IMG/VR virus record: IMGVR_UViG_3300017773_000003
From: an uncultured virus (IMG/VR IMGVR_UViG_3300017773_000003)
Taxonomy: Duplodnaviria; Heunggongvirae; Uroviricota; Caudoviricetes
Direction: 5' to 3' (one strand)
Length of the DNA stretch: 64,000 nucleotides
Positions 30,433 to 40,319 of the stretch are shown here, in pieces. How positions within the stretch are numbered: position 1 is the stretch's first letter; each line of letters starts with the position of its first letter. The notes beneath the pieces were generated by a model. The model did no database searches. It had not been told where the DNA came from and saw only the letters and a list, made by a program, of their open reading frames with translations. The position numbers and the translations under genes are program-made.

Positions 30433-31408
30433 TTATCTGATTTAGTATAGCTATGTTTGTATTCTTAACTAGGTCAGATGGATCTTTCGATTCATACTCA
30501 CTAGGAATACACACATTTATTAGGCCATACTTCATACAGATCTTGTTGCCCATCATCTGTCCTGGATTGGTAGCTTTATCATAATCATTATCATAAAGAA
30601 CCAAGATTTTTGCAAATCTTTCCTTAAGACTCTCTATTACTTTTTCTGCTGGTATTTGCATCTCGCTTTGCATAGCAATTGCGGGATACCCTGCAGAATA
30701 TAGAGTCATGATGTCTTTTAACGAAGATGTTAGAATAACTAAATTACCTTGTTCAGGCAATTGATTCCAACCTTGAGTGTCTACTGCTTTAACATTGCTT
30801 GTCCATTTGCGCTCTGTTTCTTCTGGTGCGTAGATTTTAAATCTTTGACCAAACTTATATGCGTAAGTGATTGTTTTACAGCTAAATCTATGTTCGTTGA
30901 CCCAATAATAATCTATAGGTTCGACGCCAAATTTAACTAAAATATCTTTACTTATATAATATTTAGACCAAAACTTTGCATCGTCCTTATTCCATTTACG
31001 ACGTTTCTTACGTATAAGTGTAAGTTTTTCTACGAGATCAGGTTGTTTTCGTTTAACACCCTGAGCTCCCATAGAAAATAATCCGTCGTCTTTAGTATAA
31101 GAAAGACCTAAAGCAAAATCTCTGTCTACCATACGTAGCGCAGTTATCCAATCACAATTAAATGATGCTTGGATATATCTGAAGCAGTTAAAGGTATGTT
31201 CTGGATGACCGTGGTCCTTGTATAATAAGGCGTTCTTCCATACATATATAGCAGCGGTTGGAGTATTGTCTTCACGTAACTCGCTACAGAACTTTTTGTT
31301 AAGCTCTTTAAACCCTCTGATATAATACCTGAAAATGTCATACTCAGTAATTTTACTAAGTATGACATCTGTATGCAGGTAATCATCACTACTTCGTGAT
31401 GCAATCAT
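30407..31408 (-). CDS. DNA primase (TOPRIM), crAss-like type
   Basis: N-terminal SELREDNTPT...YKDHG region, TOPRIM ILTSSLKD and LYDND, C-terminal KDPSD. Confidence 0.85.
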   Translation of the reverse strand: MIASRSSDDYLHTDVILSKITEYDIFRYYIRGFKELNKKFCSELREDNTPTAAIYVWKNALLYKDHGHPEHTFNCFRYIQASFNCDWITALRMVDRDFALGLSYTKDDGLFSMGAQGVKRKQPDLVEKLTLIRKKRRKWNKDDAKFWSKYYISKDILVKFGVEPIDYYWVNEHRFSCKTITYAYKFGQRFKIYAPEETERKWTSNVKAVDTQGWNQLPEQGNLVILTSSLKDIMTLYSAGYPAIAMQSEMQIPAEKVIESLKERFAKILVLYDNDYDKATNPGQMMGNKICMKYGLINVCIPSEYESKDPSDLVKNTNIAILNQIIDEQRGDS

Positions 31409-32187
31409 TAAAACGGAGAGTCGTCTTCTGTACTGTTAAGAGGCTTGTCTGGCATAGTCCAGTCTTCATCCTCTTTCGAGTCAGGAGTAACCAAGTTAAT
31501 GGTTGGATTATGCGTACCCCATGCTAAGTCAGCGTTAAAGTCAGCGTTGAATGATCCATAGTCGTCGTTTAAGTTACGAACAAAGAAATCATCACGTTGA
31601 GGTTTAACACGACCAAAGTGCTTAGTGTATACAGTTTGGTACTTGTCATCTTTAACACCTACCAATACACGTACTTGATTGTCTTTCAACACGCTAACAA
31701 GCGCTTTGATCTCTGATACGTCACCGTTAGAGATTTTCTTACCTGTTTCAAAGCTTACGTCATCGCCGTTGGCTACGTTAGCCCACGCTTTAACAAAGTT
31801 GATAAGAGTTTCTTCACCAACAAAAGCATGTCTCTCACCGGTAGCTTTCCACCAGTCAAATGTAGGTTTCCCTTCTGACCATGTAGTTTGACCAATAGCA
31901 TTAATGTACTGGTTCTTACCATTTTGAGATACACGAGCTTTTGGTTGTACCAATACCTCTAGTTTAACTTTAGTATCTTCATTACCCAACCAGAACACTA
32001 CTTTGTTGTATTCTTGATCACTGAAGGCTACTTCATAATTTGGCTCACTCTTAACTTTGATGTCTAGAGCATGTAATTCAGCCATTGTAGGGTTAACTGC
32101 GATAACGTTTACGTTAGTTAATCCTGAGTATAGTTTCATCCCTGAACCTACTACTTCTTGCGTACTTGCGTTTGATTTAATTGCCAT
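31408..32187 (-). CDS. Putative single-stranded DNA-binding protein
   Basis: Beta-rich body with an acidic tail ending EDDSPF, like an SSB tip. Lies between the Sak4-like ATPase and primase. Confidence 0.6.
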   Translation of the reverse strand: MAIKSNASTQEVVGSGMKLYSGLTNVNVIAVNPTMAELHALDIKVKSEPNYEVAFSDQEYNKVVFWLGNEDTKVKLEVLVQPKARVSQNGKNQYINAIGQTTWSEGKPTFDWWKATGERHAFVGEETLINFVKAWANVANGDDVSFETGKKISNGDVSEIKALVSVLKDNQVRVLVGVKDDKYQTVYTKHFGRVKPQRDDFFVRNLNDDYGSFNADFNADLAWGTHNPTINLVTPDSKEDEDWTMPDKPLNSTEDDSPF

Positions 32188-32189
32188 AA

Positions 32190-32684
32190 TTAAAATTCTT
32201 CTTCTTCGTTATTAATTTCATTTAATTGATCTTGAGCGTCCATTTCTTGACGTCCTTGGATTTCTTCTTCCCAAGCTTGTCCTTGCATTTGCTCTTGTTG
32301 TTCGTCAGTATACACCTCAGTGTCTTCAATAGCATCCTTAGTTCTTAAGTCTAAGTTTTCTTTGTAGTCATCTGTAATAGTATTTACTGTACCCATAACT
32401 TCTTCGATAACCCCTTCTACTGTAGTTTGATTAGGGTTAGCAGTAGAAGTAGTGTCGTCAACAAAGTTAAAAGACATTTTACGCTTCTTCTTAGCTTTCT
32501 TGCCTTTTAATACTGGGTGCTTAAACATTTCTGTTAATTCCCATCCTTCTAAGCTATACTTAGCTTGGATCCCTTTGCGGTCAATCCCATTGTCTAGATC
32601 GTTTAAGATCATAGTCGTTGTAATGGTTTGCGGAGTCGGTTGTGACTCAACGCTTGCTTCTGTGTGTTGATTGGTTTCAATCAT
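32190..32684 (-). CDS. Hypothetical protein with acidic C-terminus
   Basis: 164 aa ORF in the operon. Confidence 0.65.
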   Translation of the reverse strand: MIETNQHTEASVESQPTPQTITTTMILNDLDNGIDRKGIQAKYSLEGWELTEMFKHPVLKGKKAKKKRKMSFNFVDDTTSTANPNQTTVEGVIEEVMGTVNTITDDYKENLDLRTKDAIEDTEVYTDEQQEQMQGQAWEEEIQGRQEMDAQDQLNEINNEEEEF

Positions 32685-32704
32685 TTGTGTTAAATTTTTA
32701 ACAG

Positions 32705-33406
32705 TTAATCAATAAAAATCTTTGACCATTCCATGGGCATGGTCTTACCCTTTAAGTGATCGCATCGACTGCCGGCTACTACATCTCCTAGTGAGTCAAA
32801 TGATACCATAGTAACATCGTCTTCTCTATAGATATAGCCTACTGCGTCAGCGTTTGCGCATGTAATTTGCTTAATCTTACCTGTAAGGTCGAGGTCTTTC
32901 ACAGCCACTTCCTTACCTTTCTTCTCAAGCATCTTGTCTTTCAAGTGACCAACAAGGATCACATGATCGGCAAGTGTGTTTAATCTATCTATCCATTTCT
33001 TGTATGCCATTCTAAGATACAGGTAACCTGCACCGTTAGGCAATGAAAGGATAGACATACCTGGGTTCTTTTGTTCAAAGTTTTTACCCATTGGAGTCTT
33101 CAGGTATATTTGTTTACCTTCTTCTTCACACCATTCTTCTAACTTAGAGATAGTATCGATAGCTACATACTTGTAAGGTTTACCCTCTTGGTATATCTCT
33201 TTCCCTATCTCTCCTAGTTCTTTTAGACTATTTACTTGTACTTTTAATGCATCTAACATGTCAGAGCCCTGTTCTAAGTCTATAATAAGACAGTCGTCTA
33301 GCTGAGCTAGCACTGTAGTCTTACCTATCTTAGGAGCACCGTAAATAATCATGTTCTTTGGTGATTTTCTACTCGCTTTTACTTTTTTCTTAGGTAGTTT
33401 ACTCAT
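32705..33406 (-). CDS. AAA_24 / Sak4-like P-loop ATPase
   Basis: YGAPKIGKTT (Walker A), IDLEQG, VAIDTIS (Walker B), LVGH. Confidence 0.85.
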   Translation of the reverse strand: MSKLPKKKVKASRKSPKNMIIYGAPKIGKTTVLAQLDDCLIIDLEQGSDMLDALKVQVNSLKELGEIGKEIYQEGKPYKYVAIDTISKLEEWCEEEGKQIYLKTPMGKNFEQKNPGMSILSLPNGAGYLYLRMAYKKWIDRLNTLADHVILVGHLKDKMLEKKGKEVAVKDLDLTGKIKQITCANADAVGYIYREDDVTMVSFDSLGDVVAGSRCDHLKGKTMPMEWSKIFID

Positions 33407-33636
33407 GCCTTATTCTTTTTTTTAGCACGTTTAGACTTACTGAGATGTGGTGCTTCAACTTTAGTAGCCTTTGCACGACTTTTATACTTTTTCCTCTTTT
33501 TTGGCTTTCGCAGAGAATCTTCGATAATAGCCCTTTGTTCTTTTTCATAAGCTTCTGGATCAAATGGTGATTTTAACGTGTGGTAAAGTATAAAGCCAAA
33601 TACAGCTCCTACTACTATAACTGGAATCCATTCCAT
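33403..33636 (-). CDS. Small membrane-anchored basic protein
   Basis: N-terminal hydrophobic helix (WIPVIVVGAVFGFILY) and Lys-rich tail. Confidence 0.65.
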   Translation of the reverse strand: MEWIPVIVVGAVFGFILYHTLKSPFDPEAYEKEQRAIIEDSLRKPKKRKKYKSRAKATKVEAPHLSKSKRAKKKNKA

Positions 33637-33655
33637 AATATATAATTTAAATAAA

Positions 33656-33962
33656 GTAATTGGGGGAAGACCGCATAGACGACCAAGTTTATAACCCCCT
33701 CCCCCTCAATTACAGCAAAAGTATGCAGCACTCACGCAGCTTGCTCTCGTAATTATACCCGTTAGGGTACATATACCCTTGATGTGTACTATTTTATACC
33801 TGTTCGGGTACACTTTCGTATAATAGCTAACAACATAACCTGGGGTCTTATTGGTATTGTTGAGACATTACCACTAGTTATGTGTTAGCAATATGTAGGC
33901 TGACAGGTTTTATTCTGAAGTCTTACAAAGAGTAACTGTCATTATTAGGGTTTAACTCTTAA
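33656..33962. ncRNA. Candidate structured non-coding element (~310 nt)
   Basis: No sizeable ORF. At least six stems and a possible pseudoknot (see findings). Confidence 0.5.
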
Positions 33963-34235
33963 TCACCCATGCCTTCTGCTCATTTTGCCATTACTACCTG
34001 TATTCTTAGGGTATGGCACACTATTTATTGTAGATGATTTAGCATATGTTTTAGGGTATGTAAACCCAAATTGTAATGTAAATATATCATCAGTCACAAA
34101 TTTAGATTTCTTTGCTTCTTCTTCTTTTCTTAATTTTTCATTTCTTCTCTCTCTGTTGTATTCAGGGAGTCTTCCTTTAGAGACAAACTCTGGCTTGCCT
34201 TCTAGGGGTTCGTAATCGTGGTATCCTTTTTTCAA
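33963..34235 (-). CDS. Hypothetical basic protein
   Basis: 90 aa ORF with a TTG start overlapping the SPL-like stop. Confidence 0.55.
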   Translation of the reverse strand: MKKGYHDYEPLEGKPEFVSKGRLPEYNRERRNEKLRKEEEAKKSKFVTDDIFTLQFGFTYPKTYAKSSTINSVPYPKNTGSNGKMSRRHG

Positions 34236-35089
34236 AATATGTATCTTATTTTATTCCATGGTATAATGCTATCATGAAGGTTAGTAAATTGGTTAATTAA
34301 TTTTCGTTTAAGATGTCTTTCGTATCTAATGTTTCTCCCTCCATACTGTGAGATCTTATCCTCTTGTATATCTGGTGTCCACAGTTGTGCTTCTGCATTT
34401 GGTTTATCTATAAGATTAGCTCTATGCTTGTTCTCGTTGTGAGTTAGAAATATAACTTCTGCAAGAACTTGCTTTTTGTAATCTACATAATCGTCTAACA
34501 TTTGAAACAACTGCTTGTAATCCTCTAGCCATGTCTCCGTCACAATGACTGGACTGAAGTTAACATGGACGTCATACCCTGCATCTATAAATGCGTCGAT
34601 AGCTTTAATCCTATCAATGATTTTAGATGTAGCGGGTTCATGTAACGTAGACATGTGCTGAGGCATCAAACTGAAACGTATGCGTATCTTACCTTCAGGG
34701 TTATACTCAATCAACTTAGGATTTACGTACTTGGTAGCGAACGAGCCCATGGCTATAGGGTGAGTTCTAAAAAACTCAAAGATGTTCTCCCAGTCGTGAT
34801 GTCTAAGGTGCAATGCAAAGTCCTCGTTACAACTAATGTCGTAAGTAGTGTGTTGCGCGTGTGTTTGATTAGGTTTGTTAACGTGTGTAAAGAATGCGTG
34901 GTTATTTACTGCTGTGAGTATATCTCCTGTATTCTGTGCTATCGTTAATCCTTTAGGTTTGTTACGTTTCATGTAACAGTAACTGCAATCGTACAAACAG
35001 CCATGACCAAAAGAAGGTGTAATAAAGTCTGTAGATCTACCGCTTGTTTTAATGTCAAGGGCTTTTCTATTTACTTTTGTTATTAACAT
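34232..35089 (-). CDS. splB: Spore photoproduct lyase-like radical SAM enzyme
   Basis: GCLYDCSYCY (CxxxCxxC). YDISCNED matches the conserved SPL Cys (B. subtilis FEASCTSD, C141). FATK, RIRFSL, NFSPVI and C-terminal IRYIF also fit. Confidence 0.85.
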   Translation of the reverse strand: MLITKVNRKALDIKTSGRSTDFITPSFGHGCLYDCSYCYMKRNKPKGLTIAQNTGDILTAVNNHAFFTHVNKPNQTHAQHTTYDISCNEDFALHLRHHDWENIFEFFRTHPIAMGSFATKYVNPKLIEYNPEGKIRIRFSLMPQHMSTLHEPATSKIIDRIKAIDAFIDAGYDVHVNFSPVIVTETWLEDYKQLFQMLDDYVDYKKQVLAEVIFLTHNENKHRANLIDKPNAEAQLWTPDIQEDKISQYGGRNIRYERHLKRKLINQFTNLHDSIIPWNKIRYIF

Positions 35090-36041
35090 ATTTTCTTTCG
35101 TTTATAGTGAATGTACTAAGTTCAGCTTCGTATGGTATCATACCTAACATGCCGTCCCTGTTTTTCTCGATATGCACTGCCAGCAAGCCTTCTGGCTCTT
35201 CATCGCAATACAAATCTGTAATACCGTAGAGGTCAAATGGCCTCTGTAGCATCATAACAACATGAGCATCCTGACCTATACTGTCACCACCAAACAAATC
35301 TGTTAGCATTGGTTGGTACTGATTACGGGCACGATGTTCTTGTTCTATATTCCTATTTAATTGTGATAACAGTATATTAATAACACCAAATTTAGCTTGC
35401 ATATACATACACCCTTTTGATATTTGGTTTAGTTTTTGCAATTCTGTATCGGCGTTAGCTGATATTAACCTAGAGTCATCGTAAACATTTATGACCAAAG
35501 TGTCCGGGTAGCTCTCTGCTATCTCAGCATTAGTCCTTTTAATAAATGTTATGTCTTTAGGTACGTTATTAAAATAAATAGGATATTCAGTATAAGCAGC
35601 AACTTTCTCTGCATATAGATCATACTCGTCTTGTCTTAACTTGTTTTGTACTGACAGTAAATCCATCACTTCTTTCTTGACATCCTTAGCACCAGCACGT
35701 AATATTTGCTGATGACCAGGCATCTCGAAAGACCAGTACAATACCATTAAGTTTTTCTTTGAGTTAGTATCTAAGAGATCGAAGATCATCTGATTACTGA
35801 ATGCGCTTTTACCTACACCTGGACGACCTGCTATGACATACATTTTGCCAGGTTGCAGACCACCTAGTAGGTTTCTGTTTAATCTTATCCACTTAGTGGG
35901 GTAAACCACACGCTGTCCAAGCATACCTTTCTTTATCTCATTAAGTGAGGTATTTACTGAGTCTGCTATGCTATGAAATCCTTTTTCTTTAAAGAGATCT
36001 TGTGATTCGTGGTTTGGTTTGGTCTCGTGTGTCATTTTCAT
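35067..36041 (-). CDS. dnaB: DnaB-like replicative helicase (C-terminal RecA-fold domain only)
   Basis: IAGRPGVGKS, SFEM, LSQLNR, DSIGQDAH and IEKNRDG motifs. Confidence 0.9.
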   Translation of the reverse strand: MKMTHETKPNHESQDLFKEKGFHSIADSVNTSLNEIKKGMLGQRVVYPTKWIRLNRNLLGGLQPGKMYVIAGRPGVGKSAFSNQMIFDLLDTNSKKNLMVLYWSFEMPGHQQILRAGAKDVKKEVMDLLSVQNKLRQDEYDLYAEKVAAYTEYPIYFNNVPKDITFIKRTNAEIAESYPDTLVINVYDDSRLISANADTELQKLNQISKGCMYMQAKFGVINILLSQLNRNIEQEHRARNQYQPMLTDLFGGDSIGQDAHVVMMLQRPFDLYGITDLYCDEEPEGLLAVHIEKNRDGMLGMIPYEAELSTFTINERKYVNNKSK

Positions 36042-36540
36042 CTAAATTTTCATACTTTTCCCAAGTATGATTGTTAATCCATGTTTCTAAGTTTTGCATG
36101 TAGCCTAAGTTGTTACGCTCCAATTTTAGCTGGGTGTTTAGGCAAGCTACTATCTTCTTATGGACATGAGGCTTGCCGTCAACAATTCTTTTGTAACGAG
36201 CTTTTGCTTTTTGATTTGACTTAGAGTTAGGATCTTTAGCATGTAAAATGCGGACACCTTTATCAGAGTTTACCTTCATAGGATAGGTTAACATCAACTC
36301 GTTGAACATCTTGTCAAAGTCTGCTAGAAATAAATCTAAAAACTTGTGTCTAATAACATGATTTTCTGTTGTATCACCGAGTTTGATGTAACCTTCCTCT
36401 TGAAGTTTGTCTAAGTTTGGCTTAAGATTAAGCTGTGGGTTGTATTTATTGCCCTTCTTATAAACTAGATAAAGGTAGGTAAAGTCATCAGGACTCATAC
36501 CTACCTCTTTAAGCATATTTAAATCTAGTTCAACAATCAT
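35989..36540 (-). CDS. Putative replication initiator/helicase-loader protein
   Basis: N-terminal wHTH-like region, F..L...YP.K and YMQNLETWIN...WE motifs. Overlaps dnaB. Confidence 0.55.
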   Translation of the reverse strand: MIVELDLNMLKEVGMSPDDFTYLYLVYKKGNKYNPQLNLKPNLDKLQEEGYIKLGDTTENHVIRHKFLDLFLADFDKMFNELMLTYPMKVNSDKGVRILHAKDPNSKSNQKAKARYKRIVDGKPHVHKKIVACLNTQLKLERNNLGYMQNLETWINNHTWEKYENLDENDTRDQTKPRITRSL

Positions 36541-36582
36541 TGCATATAAAAGATTTTGTTATAATGGCATATAACGTATCCA

Positions 36583-36613
36583 CAAATGTAATAAAAATAT
36601 TCATACCTACAAA
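36583..36613 (-). promoter_or_regulatory. Bacteroidota housekeeping-sigma promoter (TTTG -33, TACATTTG -7)
   Basis: On the - strand, TTTG (36613-36610), a 19 nt spacer, then TACATTTG (36590-36583), upstream of the initiator-dnaB operon. Confidence 0.75.
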
Positions 36614-36633
36614 TTTATTTGTTAAAATTATTT

Positions 36634-37800
36634 TTATAACCACTTCACACCATCTAACTTTTGGACTGAGTTTTTAAGCCATTTTTCTTCTTGACTATCC
36701 TTTACATACAGGACATATACAAGACCTTTCTTGTCTTTCTCAAACCTTATCAGTCTACCAACACGTTGGACCATTGATAAAGCTTTACTAGTCAAACCAC
36801 ATACTACACCTACGTTAGCATTAGGTACATCAAAGCCTTGATTTAAAGCTTTAGTTGAGCAAAGTACATTGACTTCCCCTTCCTTAAACTTACGCAATGC
36901 TTCTTTACGTTGCTTTGCTGTTCTCTTGCTATGATACACTTCTGCTAGTGGGCTAACACTTGCTGCTAGTTCATCGGTAAATGAATTTTTACCGCCAAAA
37001 GTTATTATTCTGTTATTTAAATTATTGTACACAATCTCTCTAAACTTCTCAACCTTGTTGGTTGCGCAGTCTACAATTTTCTTGCGTTCACGTATAGCAC
37101 TGTAAAATCCGGCAGCATGTGCTTTCATTTCTCCACTGCTATTAGCAGACGCTAGTACAATACGTGCAGTATTGAAAGCGTCAGACCCAAGCGCTAGTTT
37201 ATGTTTAACGAACTTTCTGTTTATTCTTTTATATTCAGTTTGTTCTTCATTTGTCATTTCAATTGGAATACAATGTATTTCATATGGTGACACTAGGCCT
37301 AGGCTGACGCATTCATCAATACTTATTCTATATATTGTTGGTGCTAATTTAAATAATAGTAATCTGTACTCTTCCTCTTCAGGCGGAGTAGCAGTCATAC
37401 ATAACAGACGATCATACTGATTGTTCTTAAAGAACTTACGGTATTGTGGTGAGAGGCCAAGATGGATCTCATCACATACTACAATATCATAATGATTGTC
37501 TATTAGTTTGTATGCGCTCTGGTAACATATTATATCAACACGGTCGAGACACTGCTCAAATCCCCACTTGATGAACTCCTCTTTGAACTGATCTTGCAAT
37601 TGTACTGTTGGTACAAGCAAGAGTGCACTACCTTTGGGTATCTGTTTGAGTACATAGTTGATTGCAACTACGCCACATCTAGATTTACCAAAGCCAGTAC
37701 CAGCTATTATACTACCTCTAAAGTTGTGAGAAGCCCATGCATTTAATGCGGCTCTTTGTTCAGTGTCTTTGACTGCGTGTGTTTTTATGCTAGTGTCCAT
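36634..37800 (-). CDS. Superfamily 2 helicase (DExH, ResIII/XPB-like)
   Basis: GTGFGKS, CDEIH, MTAT, QGFDVP and QRVGRLIR motifs. Confidence 0.9.
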   Translation of the reverse strand: MDTSIKTHAVKDTEQRAALNAWASHNFRGSIIAGTGFGKSRCGVVAINYVLKQIPKGSALLLVPTVQLQDQFKEEFIKWGFEQCLDRVDIICYQSAYKLIDNHYDIVVCDEIHLGLSPQYRKFFKNNQYDRLLCMTATPPEEEEYRLLLFKLAPTIYRISIDECVSLGLVSPYEIHCIPIEMTNEEQTEYKRINRKFVKHKLALGSDAFNTARIVLASANSSGEMKAHAAGFYSAIRERKKIVDCATNKVEKFREIVYNNLNNRIITFGGKNSFTDELAASVSPLAEVYHSKRTAKQRKEALRKFKEGEVNVLCSTKALNQGFDVPNANVGVVCGLTSKALSMVQRVGRLIRFEKDKKGLVYVLYVKDSQEEKWLKNSVQKLDGVKWL

Positions 37801-38045
37801 ACGGTTACTGTCCTGTTAGTTTCAGGGTCACGTTTCGTTGAGTTTGAGGTTACAATACCACGATTAACTAGTTCAGTTACCCTACCAGTTACACGATTGA
37901 TTGGCCACCCCAACGCCTTGGACAGATCTTTGTTGCTTGCTTCCCCCAATATCTTAAGGGCATGCGCAACTGCTCTTTGTTTAGCACCTAGCTTTTGCTT
38001 GATACTATCAAATGCATCTACTTGAGTTTTTCTAACTTTATTCAT
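37785..38045 (-). CDS. Winged-helix DNA-binding protein
   Basis: SNKDLSKALGWPINRVTGRVTELVNRGIV wHTH signature. Confidence 0.75.
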   Translation of the reverse strand: MNKVRKTQVDAFDSIKQKLGAKQRAVAHALKILGEASNKDLSKALGWPINRVTGRVTELVNRGIVTSNSTKRDPETNRTVTVWTLA

Positions 38046-38442
38046 TTAAGATTGGTTGTTTACAACATTCACAAATTCTAACCTCCTCAACTTTTCCTAA
38101 TTGAGGTACAAGGTCCATTTCAATATAATTTTTAGCAATAGCTAACCTTTTAGTAAACTGAAGCAAACTATCCATAGAAGCGACAGAGTATAGTACAGTA
38201 GCATGGTCTCTATCAATAGCTTTACCTATTTGTACAGAAGTCTTTTTAGTAAATCTTCTAGCCAACAGACAAAACATTTGTCTAGCTTCTACTATATTTC
38301 TATCTCTTTTTCTACTTATTATCTGCTCTTTAGTTACATGCAGTTCCTTACGAATACCTTTAAATATATAATCAAAAGGTGTGATTACGTAAGTTTCATT
38401 AGCTCTGCCTTCAATAGTAGTTGGTTGATTTATTTCTCCCAT
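38038..38442 (-). CDS. DnaA C-terminal (domain IV) HTH protein
   Basis: SRKRDRNIVEARQMFCLL...IGKAIDRDHATVLYS matches the DnaA domain IV signature. C-terminal CxxC. Confidence 0.85.
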   Translation of the reverse strand: MGEINQPTTIEGRANETYVITPFDYIFKGIRKELHVTKEQIISRKRDRNIVEARQMFCLLARRFTKKTSVQIGKAIDRDHATVLYSVASMDSLLQFTKRLAIAKNYIEMDLVPQLGKVEEVRICECCKQPILNE

Positions 38443-40319
38443 ACTTTACTGATGTTTACGTCTGCTTTAAGCAGACCATTAGTTACTACTTTCTTAGCTG
38501 CTTTCTCCATTAAATGTGTAAGAGTTTCTGACCATTTATCTACATATCTGTCTGCACAGATAGTATCTATTTGATCATGCACAGTCATTACAACTTTAAC
38601 AGGCAGTTGTTTATCAGCTAAATACTCATAAATGTATACAAGTGCAAGCTTAGTCATATCTGCTGATGCACCTTGAATTGGTGTATTCTTAGATGCACGC
38701 TCAATACTACTAAGCTCCATTGATGCTGACTCATCACTCCATATCTTTGGGAACCAGTTAACAAACCAACGACGCCGGTTGAACGGTGGGAAGGTTTTAA
38801 TATAACCATATTGTTTACCAAAATCAGCTAGCTTTTCAAGGAAGCCTTTGATGTTAGGGAACGCACTGAAGTAATCTTCAATGAGTTGCTTTGCATCATC
38901 TTTAGATATGTTGAGAGTATCAGCAAGCTTGTTAGGACCCATACCATATGCGAGACCAAAGTTAATAGTCTTTACATTAGTACGTAGGTTTTTGTGCTTT
39001 GGACAATTACATTTACTTTTATTAACTAAGTAAGAGCAATCATATTCAGCAGCAAAATCCCATTCATTCTTGTATACAAGCTGTGCACAGGTTGAGTGTA
39101 AGTCCTGACCATCTTCTAATGCTTTCATCCACACGGGATCTTGGCTACCAAAAGCTATGACATTCAGTTCTTGGGAAGCATAGTCAGCACTTACAAACGA
39201 CCAACCATCTGGTGCAGTGAAACAATTTCTAAACGCATTATCTGCAGGTATTTGCTGCATGTTAGGCTTAGAGCTGCTTACACGACCGGTATCAAGTATT
39301 TGATTGAAACTAGTGTGTATCTTACCATCTTTGTTAATATTTTTCAAGAAAGCTTCACCATAGCTTGTAGCTATCTTCATCTTTTCTTTGTATTTAACAT
39401 AATCATTGATAAGAGGATACTTGTTTCTATACTTGTACATGGATTTGCCATTTACATTTTCAAGTTTAGGTATAATACATTGAAATACATCAAGCACTTG
39501 CTTTGGTGAATCCCAATTTATATCTACTTGTTTTTCAACAGTGTCAAACAAATCACCTTGCACATACTTAGGTATAAACTTTTGCATACGATGGTCTTCA
39601 ACCACATAGTGATTGAGTATATCTTGCAAAAGTTCAGCATCATAGTATGATTTCTTGCTAAGTTTAATCCATTTGTCTGAGTCAAGGGAAATACCGTTAA
39701 ATTCTATGTCAGCAAATGCTAACACAGCACGGTTCTCTAGTTCTACAACATTTTTAAGCTTGTTAACAATGATAGGTGCTCGTTGTTTGTTGTGTATCTG
39801 AATAAGATACTCAACATCTTTAGCACCATAAACAATTTGATTTGTAGTAAATTGTTTATTTATACCACCTATAAATGATGATTGCACATTTTTGTTAAGC
39901 TCAATGTTGAGGTAACGTTTAACAGTGTTTTTAAGACTGTTACTGAGTTCTTTACCACAATTTATAACTTTTTCCGTAAGCATAGTGTCATACACATTTT
40001 GACATTTGATGTCACAATGGTATCGGATAAAGTTAAGGTCAAATTTAGCGTTGTGAAATATCTTAAGTATGTTTGGTGATTCTAAAATATCTTTAAACAT
40101 TACTAATGGATAATCACGCACATCTATAACATATTGATGAGTATCATCACCAATTTGAAACATAGTCATGTCATCACGCACAAAATTAAGACCTGTGGTT
40201 TCGGTATCAACTGCAAGAATTTCCTTGCTTTTGCAATAATTAACGGCATCTTCAACAGTAGCTTGAAAATACAAGTCATTGTTGAACATGTCGTTATTAT
40301 AAGTAACAAAATATATCAT
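38430..40319 (-). CDS. polA: Family A DNA polymerase with 3'-5' exonuclease
   Basis: Exo motifs DTETTG, HNAKFD and YGAKD. Polymerase motifs TGRVSSSKPNMQQIP, ADYASQEL (A), RTNVKTINFGLAYG (B) and VHDQI (C). Confidence 0.95.
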   Translation of the reverse strand: MIYFVTYNNDMFNNDLYFQATVEDAVNYCKSKEILAVDTETTGLNFVRDDMTMFQIGDDTHQYVIDVRDYPLVMFKDILESPNILKIFHNAKFDLNFIRYHCDIKCQNVYDTMLTEKVINCGKELSNSLKNTVKRYLNIELNKNVQSSFIGGINKQFTTNQIVYGAKDVEYLIQIHNKQRAPIIVNKLKNVVELENRAVLAFADIEFNGISLDSDKWIKLSKKSYYDAELLQDILNHYVVEDHRMQKFIPKYVQGDLFDTVEKQVDINWDSPKQVLDVFQCIIPKLENVNGKSMYKYRNKYPLINDYVKYKEKMKIATSYGEAFLKNINKDGKIHTSFNQILDTGRVSSSKPNMQQIPADNAFRNCFTAPDGWSFVSADYASQELNVIAFGSQDPVWMKALEDGQDLHSTCAQLVYKNEWDFAAEYDCSYLVNKSKCNCPKHKNLRTNVKTINFGLAYGMGPNKLADTLNISKDDAKQLIEDYFSAFPNIKGFLEKLADFGKQYGYIKTFPPFNRRRWFVNWFPKIWSDESASMELSSIERASKNTPIQGASADMTKLALVYIYEYLADKQLPVKVVMTVHDQIDTICADRYVDKWSETLTHLMEKAAKKVVTNGLLKADVNISKVWEK

